From the sequence record MK308676.1: 64,000 nucleotides of DNA. One strand, written 5' to 3'. This document shows, piece after piece, positions 18,455-28,182 of the stretch. The translations under genes and the position numbers were made by a program. The notes under the pieces are model-generated. The model did not search any database. It had not been told where the DNA came from and worked only from the letters and a program-made list of their open reading frames with translations. The stretch's first letter is position 1, and the number at the start of each line of letters is the position of its first letter.

Positions 18455-19804
18455 TTATTTCTTTAAGTGTAAGATTAAAGTACCGTCAGTGCGGTAAAGG
18501 TTGTCTGTGAAGAACTCGGTATCTGGTGCTTCTTTAGAACGGAAGCCCAGCACTGTACCGAAAGCTTCCTGGAGTTCGCCAGCATCTTCATAGATGAACT
18601 TAACCGGCATTCCTGGGACAACGTACTTAGGCATACAGTTACTCCAGTCACACGTTAGTAACACGCCCATACCTTTCATCATCTCAGAGGTCTCTACGAA
18701 CGGGTTCTCTGTCATTCCTCTCTTAGAGAGACGAGCGTTAGTTAACCCAGTAGGTTTCTCTTCGATGCTGAAGCCTTGAGTGGTAGTGTCGTAGTTTGGA
18801 GTAGCTTTATTGCTAGAAGCGTCTGACATGCCGTCTATGAGGCTCCCAGACTTCACAAAGCGTAAACCGGTACCGATGTTAGCCGCAACCTCTTCCGTTT
18901 GGTTGAGGACCGTTGTGAGGCCCGTAGAAAGGATTGTGATATCCTTCCCTCTTACTTTAAAGGAGCGTTCCGGGGCTACTAGTTCGTCATTTGGAAAGTT
19001 ATATATTGTTAAACGCTTGGTAGCCTCTCCGAAACGCTGATGGTTGTACAGGGGATAGATAAACCATCTTCCGTCTTGGAAGTATCTATTAATCCCTGTA
19101 CTATAAACGCCCTTATCTTCCTGAATGCGTTTCACTAGCTGAGTCAGCTTGGTGTCAGGAGGAACAATGATAGAACGATAGCGCCTTACGTTATCTGGAC
19201 GAACCATATCTACGCCTCGGACCCCGGCATAGTTTGCACTAGTTAAGGTGGCTTCCGAAGCATTAGGGTTAACACTCTGACCATGTAGGTGCTCAAGCAG
19301 TTCCCCTGGCGTAATGTCGTCGTAGACTTGGGCCACATCTGTCAATCTTTCCGTATTGAGGACAGGCTCCATAAGTTGCATTGTAAAAGGGACAAGCTGA
19401 GCGGATTCGTTATCGAAGTCGTCAGCCATACCTCGGGCGTTCTTGATGTACTTTATCTCGGGCGGATTGATAAGCCACCCGACATATTTCCTTCTCGTCT
19501 GCTTACCGCCAGAAATCTCGATTCCTCGAGCATCCACTAAGGAACGGACAATCTCTACTTGGAGGTTGTCCTTGTACGGTAGCACGAAGCGGAAGAAAGA
19601 TGTGTAACCTAAGTCCATGTGGACGTAGTGTTCGTCACCGAAGTTCTCTTCATAGTTACGGAGGTTATCTATTGCGAAGACGTTGTTCACTTTAAGGCGT
19701 CGTGAGTTCGCAATGATGATAGCTTCCACTTTCCAGAACACCTCCCCTAAAGGGGCGTTTTGAATTGAGTCGAACTCTCGCCTTACTAAAGGGTTGTCTA
19801 ACAT
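18455..19804 (-). CDS. Virion structural protein, possibly baseplate hub
   Basis: 449 aa; last gene of the structural operon; no S/A-M-E site. Confidence 0.45.
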   Translation of the reverse strand: MLDNPLVRREFDSIQNAPLGEVFWKVEAIIIANSRRLKVNNVFAIDNLRNYEENFGDEHYVHMDLGYTSFFRFVLPYKDNLQVEIVRSLVDARGIEISGGKQTRRKYVGWLINPPEIKYIKNARGMADDFDNESAQLVPFTMQLMEPVLNTERLTDVAQVYDDITPGELLEHLHGQSVNPNASEATLTSANYAGVRGVDMVRPDNVRRYRSIIVPPDTKLTQLVKRIQEDKGVYSTGINRYFQDGRWFIYPLYNHQRFGEATKRLTIYNFPNDELVAPERSFKVRGKDITILSTGLTTVLNQTEEVAANIGTGLRFVKSGSLIDGMSDASSNKATPNYDTTTQGFSIEEKPTGLTNARLSKRGMTENPFVETSEMMKGMGVLLTCDWSNCMPKYVVPGMPVKFIYEDAGELQEAFGTVLGFRSKEAPDTEFFTDNLYRTDGTLILHLKK

Positions 19805-19805
19805 G

Positions 19806-20504
19806 TTAGTTTGCTCCTAAGAAAGCAAATGGGTCGCCACCGATATTGATGTCTTCCAAGTTCTGTTCTTCTAAAGGTTTAGGTTTAGCAGTACCTGTTG
19901 TGAAGCCTTCCTCCTCCACCTCTTCTTTAACAGCCATACCTGCGATGGTTGTTCCGCCGAATAGCTCTACGAGAGTACTGAAGCCAGTATCGCCGTATTG
20001 CTCCACCATGATAGTGTCCGACATATTCTCAATAGCATCCCTTAACTTCTTAAGCTTGTCGATGTCTTCTTGAGGAGGTAAGCGGTAGTTACGCATCATA
20101 GACTTAGCTGCTAACATTTCAGTCAGGTAAGCGTCTAAGTTTTCAAAGACGGTAACTACGTCCTCTGTTTTACAGAAGCGCAGAGTACCGAAGCTATCGT
20201 AGACCTCAGCAATCTGCGCGGCAGTAGGAGAAGCATTCTTCAGCGTGTTCATCTTGATGTCGTCGGCAACTTCGTCACCTGTCAAGAATTCCATACCCAT
20301 CATACGACGAGCGACATAGTCGTCTGTATCAGACGTACTGCGCCAAACAATACCGTTCAGGTCTACCTCGTTCTTACGGAAGACAGAATGAACTTCTGGC
20401 AACCCTTCCAGTTCGATGAGGAAGTTGTATTCGGTAAGCTTTAAGCGCATAGGGTATCGGTCGTCAAAGACGCGACAACCATAAAGATAAACTGGCGGTT
20501 TCAT
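19806..20504 (-). CDS. Hypothetical protein
   Basis: 232 aa; AAGGAG RBS; operonic. Confidence 0.6.
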   Translation of the reverse strand: MKPPVYLYGCRVFDDRYPMRLKLTEYNFLIELEGLPEVHSVFRKNEVDLNGIVWRSTSDTDDYVARRMMGMEFLTGDEVADDIKMNTLKNASPTAAQIAEVYDSFGTLRFCKTEDVVTVFENLDAYLTEMLAAKSMMRNYRLPPQEDIDKLKKLRDAIENMSDTIMVEQYGDTGFSTLVELFGGTTIAGMAVKEEVEEEGFTTGTAKPKPLEEQNLEDINIGGDPFAFLGAN

Positions 20505-20513
20505 GATTTCTCC

Positions 20514-21734
20514 TTACAGAAGCTGGATGAGCAACCAACAGATAACCGGGATGCGATAGAAGATAACCATACGGTCGGCTTCGTAGAGCGCTTCGATTTC
20601 TTTAATGACTTCTTCCAGCGTATAGCTCTCCTGACGAAGAACTTTGTTTACTAACACTTCTAACGGCGTCATGGCAGTTAGGTCGTGGTCGTAGAATGCT
20701 TTACTAAAGACGTATGTGTCGTCTCCGTCGTACTCGTTCTCGGTATATGTTACAAGACCCAGTAATGAGGGCTGAGAATGAGGGACAGCCACATAGTCCA
20801 CTTTAGAGAATGCCACAGCACTGTATATGTGTCGGGCCAGGAATTCACGTTTAGTAACTTCGTGAACATAACGGTCTACTCTCCGTAGGTGTGTAGGCTC
20901 GCCATCGGCTAAGATGTCCCATACGGAAGCAAAGGATTTCTTCGCGCGCTTAGAAGGCACGACATAACGCTTCATCGCTGGCAAGTGATAAGTGACCTGT
21001 TCCGGCAAGATGCGTGCCATAAACTCGGTGAGCTTCTCGTCATATACCTTTCGGTATTCACTTACGGAACCGATAGCGGTCTGCGTATCTAAATCGTAAT
21101 ACTCATCCCACCACCAATGAATCACTTCGTTAAGACGCGTAGCGATATCGTAGGATTCCAAGCGCTTCTGTTTAGACATGCCTGGAGCGAGTGGGTCTGA
21201 TGAATCAAAGTAAAGGGTCTCTGCCGTTTTAAGGTCGAGGTTTCTTTGATAGTCGTCAGACATATAGTCCACGAACTCATAAGTGATTTCGTTCGTACGG
21301 TGACCGTAGTAACCAGAACGACGATGTTGCGTTACAGTAAATAGACCCCAGCGGTTATCTGACATACGAGCAATAAACATATCGCCTGCATTAGGTTCCA
21401 CGCCTGGGTACAAGTTCGAAGTACCTGTTAGCGTAGTGATTTGCTGGTCATCCGTATCATGACTCAACGAGTCCGTCTGTAGGATAACGTAATCCTTAAT
21501 ACGGACATATTGCTGGATGGTTCTGGAAAGCCCCATGTCTAATCGCTGAGGGAAACTATTGCCGCCTAGCAACTGAGAGTAGTAAGTGACTTCCCACGGG
21601 TCACCTTCATAGCGAATCTCCGGAGAGATATGTTTCACCTCTGTCTCATAGACGGAGGGCGTGTCTGGTTCCTCGACTACCTTATCGGGTTCGGGAACTT
21701 CAACAATGTCTTCTTCTTCATCAAATAAAGGCAT
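20514..21734 (-). CDS. Virion structural protein
   Basis: 406 aa; acidic N-terminus; conserved structural cluster. Confidence 0.5.
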   Translation of the reverse strand: MPLFDEEEDIVEVPEPDKVVEEPDTPSVYETEVKHISPEIRYEGDPWEVTYYSQLLGGNSFPQRLDMGLSRTIQQYVRIKDYVILQTDSLSHDTDDQQITTLTGTSNLYPGVEPNAGDMFIARMSDNRWGLFTVTQHRRSGYYGHRTNEITYEFVDYMSDDYQRNLDLKTAETLYFDSSDPLAPGMSKQKRLESYDIATRLNEVIHWWWDEYYDLDTQTAIGSVSEYRKVYDEKLTEFMARILPEQVTYHLPAMKRYVVPSKRAKKSFASVWDILADGEPTHLRRVDRYVHEVTKREFLARHIYSAVAFSKVDYVAVPHSQPSLLGLVTYTENEYDGDDTYVFSKAFYDHDLTAMTPLEVLVNKVLRQESYTLEEVIKEIEALYEADRMVIFYRIPVICWLLIQLL

Positions 21735-21736
21735 CT

Positions 21737-23332
21737 TTATCTCCGGTCAACACTGATGTTAAAGAACTGTACTGTAGAGCCTCCGCGAGGAGCAAGTTCC
21801 ATAAAGAGCTTGTTAGTCGTAGGTAGCTTACGTAACCAGTACGTGAATGAACGGGCCGTTATGCCAGTTCCGTTGGGATTGTAAAGAATCGACGGGATGT
21901 GCTTATATGCACCCGGCTTGATAGTGCCAGGTAAAGCAGCGTCAATCTCTTTCTTGCTTTCAGTAAGCCTAACGTCTGGGTCATAGAGTTTAAAGAGCTC
22001 TATGGCCTTCTCAGGCATCTTAAGTAGCTTTTCGGTCTCTCGTGCATTGTAACGGGCAATGTCCTTTAGAAGAGAGATACGGAGGTAATTTCGCTTACGT
22101 GGGTCTAATGGGTTCCATACCGTAATGTCGCCATTGGGGTCCAAACTATGTACTACTTGCTCTTCTGTCTCCCCTACGGCGAAAACCTCTAGAGTAACGA
22201 GAGAGAAAGGATAATGTCCCTTATGTTCAGGGAAGTCCTTTAAGTACTGCTTGATTGCCTGAGGCACATACTTGTCTGGGATGTCCCAAATATTGAAAAC
22301 TTTGGTCGGTGCACCCTGACTGACTTTAATCGGTAGAATGGAAACTGTCTGCGTGTGCTGGTTATAGTCCTGAGGGAACCAGTCGTCCCACTCGCGCATA
22401 CGAGAGCCTCCGTCTCCGATAACGAACATAGGGTTCTGTTCTTCGTCATACTGAGAGGCATGGTAAAGCGGACGGTAAGCAGTGTCCTCGCGTTCTACCG
22501 CAGGTATCCAGTTTTGAATGAAGCGCTTAGGGATAGTCTGATTGCGTACAGTTGCTGGAACTTCTATCGTAAGTGCCGTCGGCTTCTTATACTCATAACG
22601 ATAGTTAATCGTTACTTCATAGATGCCGTCGGCATATGCTTTCTCATTATAGAAGAACTCGTCCGTAGCTAGGCCTAGAACATCGTCTTGTTTCTCGACC
22701 ATAATAAGGTCGGTATGCTCCATGTTCTGCGATTGACGCTTCTGTACACCGTGACGGAAACAACGACGTAAGTAGTCGCCTAACTCTTCTTCGTCGGGCA
22801 TGACATTCTGTTTCATTCTCCAAGCTTCACCTAAGAAGTCAATGAAGTCGTGAGGGATGTCATACTCATAATCGATGTCGTGACGCCAGTTTAGATTAGA
22901 GCTACCGTGAGTGATGCGAAGGTCATTCAACCACGACGTTAGCTCTACTTGGCTAGAACAGCGGATACGCAAAGTCATCTCTACCAACGCCGTTGAGTAA
23001 AGAGGCTTCAAAAGGATGCCGTGTTCTTTATCATGGAAGGTAGGTGGATGGTACGCGTTTTGCCAGCGTGAGATATTCACGTGGTCTTCTAGGTAACGCT
23101 CGTTTACTTCAGCAAACACATAAGTCTTGTATTTGGATTCAATAGCGTCGCCATTATTGTTTGTGAAGAGATTACGCACGGCTTTAGATGTACCGGCAAT
23201 TTCTCGCTCATAGCGAATTTGGTATTTTGGTTTGAATGCCGTCTTTGCCAAGAAAGAGTGAATAACAGAATCAGACACTCTTCTTTCGATAGACTGCAAG
23301 GATTCCGTAATCGGCGTGATAATACGAGGCAT
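21737..23332 (-). CDS. Virion structural protein
   Basis: 531 aa; AGGAGG RBS; conserved structural cluster. Confidence 0.5.
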   Translation of the reverse strand: MPRIITPITESLQSIERRVSDSVIHSFLAKTAFKPKYQIRYEREIAGTSKAVRNLFTNNNGDAIESKYKTYVFAEVNERYLEDHVNISRWQNAYHPPTFHDKEHGILLKPLYSTALVEMTLRIRCSSQVELTSWLNDLRITHGSSNLNWRHDIDYEYDIPHDFIDFLGEAWRMKQNVMPDEEELGDYLRRCFRHGVQKRQSQNMEHTDLIMVEKQDDVLGLATDEFFYNEKAYADGIYEVTINYRYEYKKPTALTIEVPATVRNQTIPKRFIQNWIPAVEREDTAYRPLYHASQYDEEQNPMFVIGDGGSRMREWDDWFPQDYNQHTQTVSILPIKVSQGAPTKVFNIWDIPDKYVPQAIKQYLKDFPEHKGHYPFSLVTLEVFAVGETEEQVVHSLDPNGDITVWNPLDPRKRNYLRISLLKDIARYNARETEKLLKMPEKAIELFKLYDPDVRLTESKKEIDAALPGTIKPGAYKHIPSILYNPNGTGITARSFTYWLRKLPTTNKLFMELAPRGGSTVQFFNISVDRR

Positions 23333-23370
23333 GTCGTTCCTCCTTTGTCTATTGGATTCGACAGCAATAA

Positions 23371-23399
23371 GTAAGGCTCTCCATAACAGAGAGCCTTAC
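23371..23399 (-). terminator. Terminator hairpin
   Basis: gtaaggctct...agagccttac perfect 10-bp stem. Confidence 0.65.
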
Positions 23400-23400
23400 G

Positions 23401-24666
23401 TTAGACGCGTACTTGCCACTCGGGGCGAGATGCTTGGATTACCTTGAGTAGTCCAGTACAGTAACGGTACACTAGCTCGTTCTTGACCTTCAGAGGTTCA
23501 TTGAAACAACGAGCATAAGAAGGTACTTGACGGAAGATGCTTACGAGTTCTCTGTCTTGGGCATTATCAGGCACTCTGTCCTTTAACGCCTTAGCGGTGT
23601 TCTCGCAGCGACGTTTGAAGTCGCGGAACTTCTCGTAGTCTTGGCGCAGTAACAATGCTTGGTCTAAAGCTGCTTCAGCAACACGTGCGTATTCAGCACC
23701 CATATGCGTATCGATAGGGCGCATTGTGAACTCATTAATCTTCTTGCGGGTATTAATGGTTTCGAGTTTAACGCGAGGTGCCATGAAGCCTTCCTTAGGC
23801 ATGGACACAGTAAAGCGCTGCCAGCCAGGAAGTCTTTCAGAGGTATGCATCTGCATGTCAAGGTTATTTGTTTCCGTGATGTTACATGCTAGATAAGCAC
23901 ATAGAGCCTTGTAAAGCTCACCGCGGGCTAACTTGACCATATCCATCACAACCTTAGGTTCGGATGTTCTGGAGCCTTCTAGAGTCGTTATAACTTGGTC
24001 TAAGTTCACTCGGTAGTCACGAGGGTCTAAGCCAGAAGCAATAGTAGGCAGCTTGCGCAGAATCTGGTTAATTGATTCCTGTGGCTGCTTTAGATTTTCA
24101 TCTACCAGCCATAGTGCTGCCCCGTTTAGTTTGATGCGGGCATTAAGAAGCTCATTAGCGTTAGCTAGCTGAAACTTAGGTAGCATCTTCTTAAGTTGTC
24201 TTGCGTCCTGGAACGATTTACCCATAAAGGTAAAGCGACGCCCAAGGAAAGCTTTCAGTGTATCCAAGATAACCTGGGTAGCTTTCTTAAGGAAGCGGAA
24301 GACTTCTTGCCACGTGAAACTAATGCCTTCCATGGAAACTTCAAATGAATCCTCTTTACGAGTAAACAGGTCATCCATGGAAATGGTTAGACCGATACGG
24401 TTAAGGTTCGTATCGAGAACCGAATGTGTTAACTTAGCCACGTTTTCATCTACATGACTAAGTTTCTTCAGGTCGTCCAGTACTGAATAAATCATTACCG
24501 TAATGACGTCGACGTGTTCGAGTTCAGCCATGATGGCTTCATCTTCGTAATGTTCTCGAACTTCTTCATCAAAAGCCAAGCCATGAATCACCGCATCTAT
24601 TTCTCCGATAGAGACTGGAGTATCTAAGTTCTCACCCGTCGCTCGGGATAGCCAATCGGTTATCAT
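23401..24666 (-). CDS. Internal head protein (paralog family)
   Basis: 421 aa; acidic propeptide followed by EVSMEG and an amphipathic helix. Confidence 0.6.
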   Translation of the reverse strand: MITDWLSRATGENLDTPVSIGEIDAVIHGLAFDEEVREHYEDEAIMAELEHVDVITVMIYSVLDDLKKLSHVDENVAKLTHSVLDTNLNRIGLTISMDDLFTRKEDSFEVSMEGISFTWQEVFRFLKKATQVILDTLKAFLGRRFTFMGKSFQDARQLKKMLPKFQLANANELLNARIKLNGAALWLVDENLKQPQESINQILRKLPTIASGLDPRDYRVNLDQVITTLEGSRTSEPKVVMDMVKLARGELYKALCAYLACNITETNNLDMQMHTSERLPGWQRFTVSMPKEGFMAPRVKLETINTRKKINEFTMRPIDTHMGAEYARVAEAALDQALLLRQDYEKFRDFKRRCENTAKALKDRVPDNAQDRELVSIFRQVPSYARCFNEPLKVKNELVYRYCTGLLKVIQASRPEWQVRV

Positions 24667-24675
24667 GCGGTGTCC

Positions 24676-26004
24676 TTACTTTTCTAGGTTCTTCATTACT
24701 GCTTTAGATGCGCCTGCACAAGCAGCAGCATGTAGAGCTGACCACTTCGCTACGCCCTGATAAGCATCACGGATGGTCGTAGTGTACTGCTTAAGTTGCT
24801 CTAGGCGATTGAAGAACTCATCAAAAGGTGCACCGGCAAACTCAGCGTCTTTAAGGTTAGTCAACGCTTTGTTGATTGCCTTGATAAGATACTCACAGAA
24901 ATGCAAGACCGCTTTACCCGACTCGTTAGCCTGACGGTATGCTGCAATGCCTTCATAAGCGCGCTTAGCAAACGCCTTGGCGTCTCCGGCACTTACGTCG
25001 GTAATTGCTTCTGGTGCTTCCTTAGCACCCAACGCATCGCCGAAGTGAACGTTCAGTGCACGCTCTGAGTTCTCAGCAGGTACAGAGAAATAGATTGCTT
25101 TGCCGCCAGGTAGTTCTTCAGTAGAGACGTAAGACTTAGCACCTTTACCTAGACCTAACTTAGCACCGTCTTTCTCAGAGATAGACTTGGTCGCTGCGAA
25201 ACCACTAACGAACGCTTTGTTAAGTTGGTTGGTACTTTCCTTGATGCGGTTGTTTGTTTCAACCAGGTTAGTCTCATCGGCTTTCTCGATGTGTCCTTCC
25301 AGTTCACGAATCGCAGACAAGATAAGCTTACTTGCTTTAGAGTAGCGGTCTGTATAAGTGCGCATGCTACCGGTAAACAGTTTACCTTTAGCATATAAGT
25401 ATTCAACCTGAGGAACCTTAAGAGACTTCTCTTTAGGCTTACCTGTCGGATTGATACCATGTAGCTTGTCGATAGATTTCTCTAGACGAGCAACTTGGCT
25501 TAGGTGTTCATCGTAGAACTTAACACCAGCTGCAATAATTGCTTCAATTGCTTTAAGTAGCACCTTACCGACTTGTACGATAGTTTCTTTAACTGTCTTA
25601 CCTGCCGCTTCTACTTCTAGACGAACTGCTTCGACCTCATCGACGCCTTCCATTGAAGGTAGCTCGTAAGCCTGACGTATGCCTTCTAGGTTAACTGTGG
25701 CGTTGTCATAAAGCGTCATGGCGTATGCTGCGTCTTCACGCGTCATGCTATCGCCTTTAGCTTCGATGAATGCCTCGATGTGGCGAACCGATTCAGCTAA
25801 CGCTAAGTAGTCCGCTTGTACAGATTCATAAACAGATGCCGTAACTTCAGCTTCTGTGATTTCGATGTCGTGTAGTTCGATGTCGTCCACGTTGATTGCA
25901 GTCAATCCTGGTGTGACTTCATCTTTACTACCAACGACAGTCTTTGGCTGGCCAGCCGGAGCATTTACTGCACTAGCAATAATGCTTTTACGAAAGTCTT
26001 TCAT
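24676..26004 (-). CDS. Internal head protein (paralog of the 26131-27630 gene)
   Basis: 442 aa; ELPSMEG; collinear similarity to the neighbour (RKSIIAS, KFYDEH, ELPGG). Confidence 0.65.
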   Translation of the reverse strand: MKDFRKSIIASAVNAPAGQPKTVVGSKDEVTPGLTAINVDDIELHDIEITEAEVTASVYESVQADYLALAESVRHIEAFIEAKGDSMTREDAAYAMTLYDNATVNLEGIRQAYELPSMEGVDEVEAVRLEVEAAGKTVKETIVQVGKVLLKAIEAIIAAGVKFYDEHLSQVARLEKSIDKLHGINPTGKPKEKSLKVPQVEYLYAKGKLFTGSMRTYTDRYSKASKLILSAIRELEGHIEKADETNLVETNNRIKESTNQLNKAFVSGFAATKSISEKDGAKLGLGKGAKSYVSTEELPGGKAIYFSVPAENSERALNVHFGDALGAKEAPEAITDVSAGDAKAFAKRAYEGIAAYRQANESGKAVLHFCEYLIKAINKALTNLKDAEFAGAPFDEFFNRLEQLKQYTTTIRDAYQGVAKWSALHAAACAGASKAVMKNLEK

Positions 26005-26076
26005 TGGTTTTCCCTTAAAGGAGGTTTCAGTATAAACACTATAAGATTCATGGACCGAAAGAAATAAAAGGTAAAA

Positions 26077-26100
26077 GGGCCACCGCCGAAGCAGTGGCCT
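26077..26100 (-). terminator. Terminator hairpin
   Basis: Stem with cTTCGg loop and T tract on the minus strand. Confidence 0.65.
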
Positions 26101-26130
26101 TTTCTAAATGAGAAACTCAAAGACTAAAGA

Positions 26131-27630
26131 TTACTTGTCGTCATCTTTTTTCTTTTTGTCATCGTCATCTTTACCTTTCTGGTCGTCGTCTTTGTCGTCG
26201 TCATCGCCGTCTTTACCAGGTTTCTTATCTTTGTCGTCGCCGTCTTTGTCGTCTTCTTCAGCTTTAGACTTACCTTTGCCTTTGCCTTTAGCGTCTACGT
26301 CGTCTTCTTCGTATTCGTCAGGCACACCATCGTCGTCTTTGTCATCTTCTTTGTCTTTTTCGCCTTTAGCTTTCTTAGCTTCAACGTCACCTAGGTTAGC
26401 TAGGATAGCGTGTGCAGCTACAGCGTTAGCTTCAGCAGACTGAGTGAACATGCGAGATAGTGATGGGTAAACAGACTTAAGAGTCGCAACAGTGTTAAGA
26501 CCAAGCTCTACAGCTTCCTTAACTTCAGCAACAGCTTCAGCTTCTACGCCTTCAAGTTCAGTAAGAGCTTCTACTTTCTCTAGGATGCTTGCGCCATTAG
26601 CGTGAACGTCGTTTAGAGAAACACCGGCAGCGATGATAGCTTTAGAGTTATCAACAGATGCAGTAGCGAATGTAACGTGAGCTTTAGCAGCGTCAGCAGT
26701 TACAGTTTCGATAGCAGCGCCTTCAACAGCTTCTTCAGCTTCAGCGAAAGTAACTGTTAGGTTACCTGCGTCTTCAGCGTCGTGAGCAGCTACAAGAGTG
26801 TAACCAGCTGGAAGTTCTTTGTCGTTAAGACCGTTAGCCGCTTCGATAACTTTAGCGATTTCAGCGCCGATTGCTTCAACAAGACCTTCTACGCCTTTCT
26901 CTTTAGCAGCTTCGATTGCAGCTTCGATTGCAGCCATAGCAGCAACAGAAGTTTCAGAACCAGCAACAAGTGCAGTAGCTAGACCAGCTAGTGCTTCAGT
27001 GCTACCTAGGTACTGAGTCATGCGAGGTTTAAGGGATGCTTCAACGGCTTCGCCTTTAACGTCTTTAGCGGCATCGATTTGACCGATAGCTTTAGCTAGG
27101 TCTGCAACGTTCTCGCCGTGCTCTGCGTAGAACTTAGTCGCTTCAGCAGTAGCCGCTTCAATAGTGCTTGCGATAACTGCTTTACAAGTAGCGATTGATT
27201 CGCCGTATGCGCCTTTAGCAGCTTGAGTCTGCATAAGAGCTGCGCCGTCCATATCGAAAGATTCCATTGAAGGAACTTCGATAGCGCTACGTAGAGTAGA
27301 TTCACGCTCGATAAGAGAAGCGTGGAACGCTAGAGGTAGTTCAGCTGCTTGTGCAGTACAGCCGCCTTCTGCTTCAGAGCGCTCTAGGTAAGAATGGATA
27401 GATTCCATTGATACTAGATGGTTTTCGAACTCACGTTGAGTATCGCGAGCGAAGATAACGTTGTACTCAGACTCTACAGGAGCAGAAGCGCGAGGTACAA
27501 ACAGGTTAGCCATAGCGTCTGCACCGAACAGTTGTTCTACTACAGTTGCTTGAGGCTGTGATTCAGGAGTAACGTCTGTTTTCTTGCCAGCGTCAATACT
27601 CGCTAGAATCGATTTACGTAAAGTGTTCAT
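26131..27630 (-). CDS. Abundant internal head protein with K/D-rich C-terminal tail
   Basis: ATG 27630 after AAGGA; two SME sites; Ala/Glu-rich; extreme codon bias. Confidence 0.65.
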   Translation of the reverse strand: MNTLRKSILASIDAGKKTDVTPESQPQATVVEQLFGADAMANLFVPRASAPVESEYNVIFARDTQREFENHLVSMESIHSYLERSEAEGGCTAQAAELPLAFHASLIERESTLRSAIEVPSMESFDMDGAALMQTQAAKGAYGESIATCKAVIASTIEAATAEATKFYAEHGENVADLAKAIGQIDAAKDVKGEAVEASLKPRMTQYLGSTEALAGLATALVAGSETSVAAMAAIEAAIEAAKEKGVEGLVEAIGAEIAKVIEAANGLNDKELPAGYTLVAAHDAEDAGNLTVTFAEAEEAVEGAAIETVTADAAKAHVTFATASVDNSKAIIAAGVSLNDVHANGASILEKVEALTELEGVEAEAVAEVKEAVELGLNTVATLKSVYPSLSRMFTQSAEANAVAAHAILANLGDVEAKKAKGEKDKEDDKDDDGVPDEYEEDDVDAKGKGKGKSKAEEDDKDGDDKDKKPGKDGDDDDKDDDQKGKDDDDKKKKDDDK

Positions 27631-27693
27631 GGTCAATAATTCCTTGTACAAGGTTAAAAACTTAGGTTGATTATCGTCTTAAGAATCTTAATC

Positions 27694-28182
27694 TTAATTT
27701 GGCGGCGGAGCGTCTTCTTTAACGACGTGCAATTTCTGTGCCGCTGAAATGAAGCAGTACATGTACTCGATGCAGCGCATAAAGTCACATTGACTGTTAA
27801 GAGGTAATAACTTGTCTAAAACCTCATTAGGTCGGTTGACCCGCAATGCGAATTGACGGTAATACTCGTCGCGGATTTCTTTCTCTGCTTTTTCACGTTC
27901 TACAATATTCAACAAACGGTTGTCCATTGTTAGAAGATGGGTAGGAGAGAGACGCATTTTACCCGTCGATTCACGGAGCAACTGTTTCATCATTTGGACT
28001 TGAGACCAACGTGTCAAATCCACACTACGGAAGAACTCTTTTCGTAGCTTCGCCAGACAGGTCAAGTCGTCTACTGACATCACGTGACCTGGCTGACAAA
28101 CATGGCGGTAGAGTTCAACAACTTTGTTAGTTGTACTCATAACCACCTCTTGCACTTTCTTCAGTGTCTTCAATCCAGGCAC
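27694..28182 (-). CDS. Hypothetical protein
   Basis: Up to 162 aa; likely start at MSTTNK; in the head operon. Confidence 0.55.
   Translation of the reverse strand: MPGLKTLKKVQEVVMSTTNKVVELYRHVCQPGHVMSVDDLTCLAKLRKEFFRSVDLTRWSQVQMMKQLLRESTGKMRLSPTHLLTMDNRLLNIVEREKAEKEIRDEYYRQFALRVNRPNEVLDKLLPLNSQCDFMRCIEYMYCFISAAQKLHVVKEDAPPPN

Noticed and set aside
26108-26443. Ser/Leu-rich 111-aa plus-strand ORF
   Set aside because: Antisense shadow of the K/D-rich tail codons; no RBS
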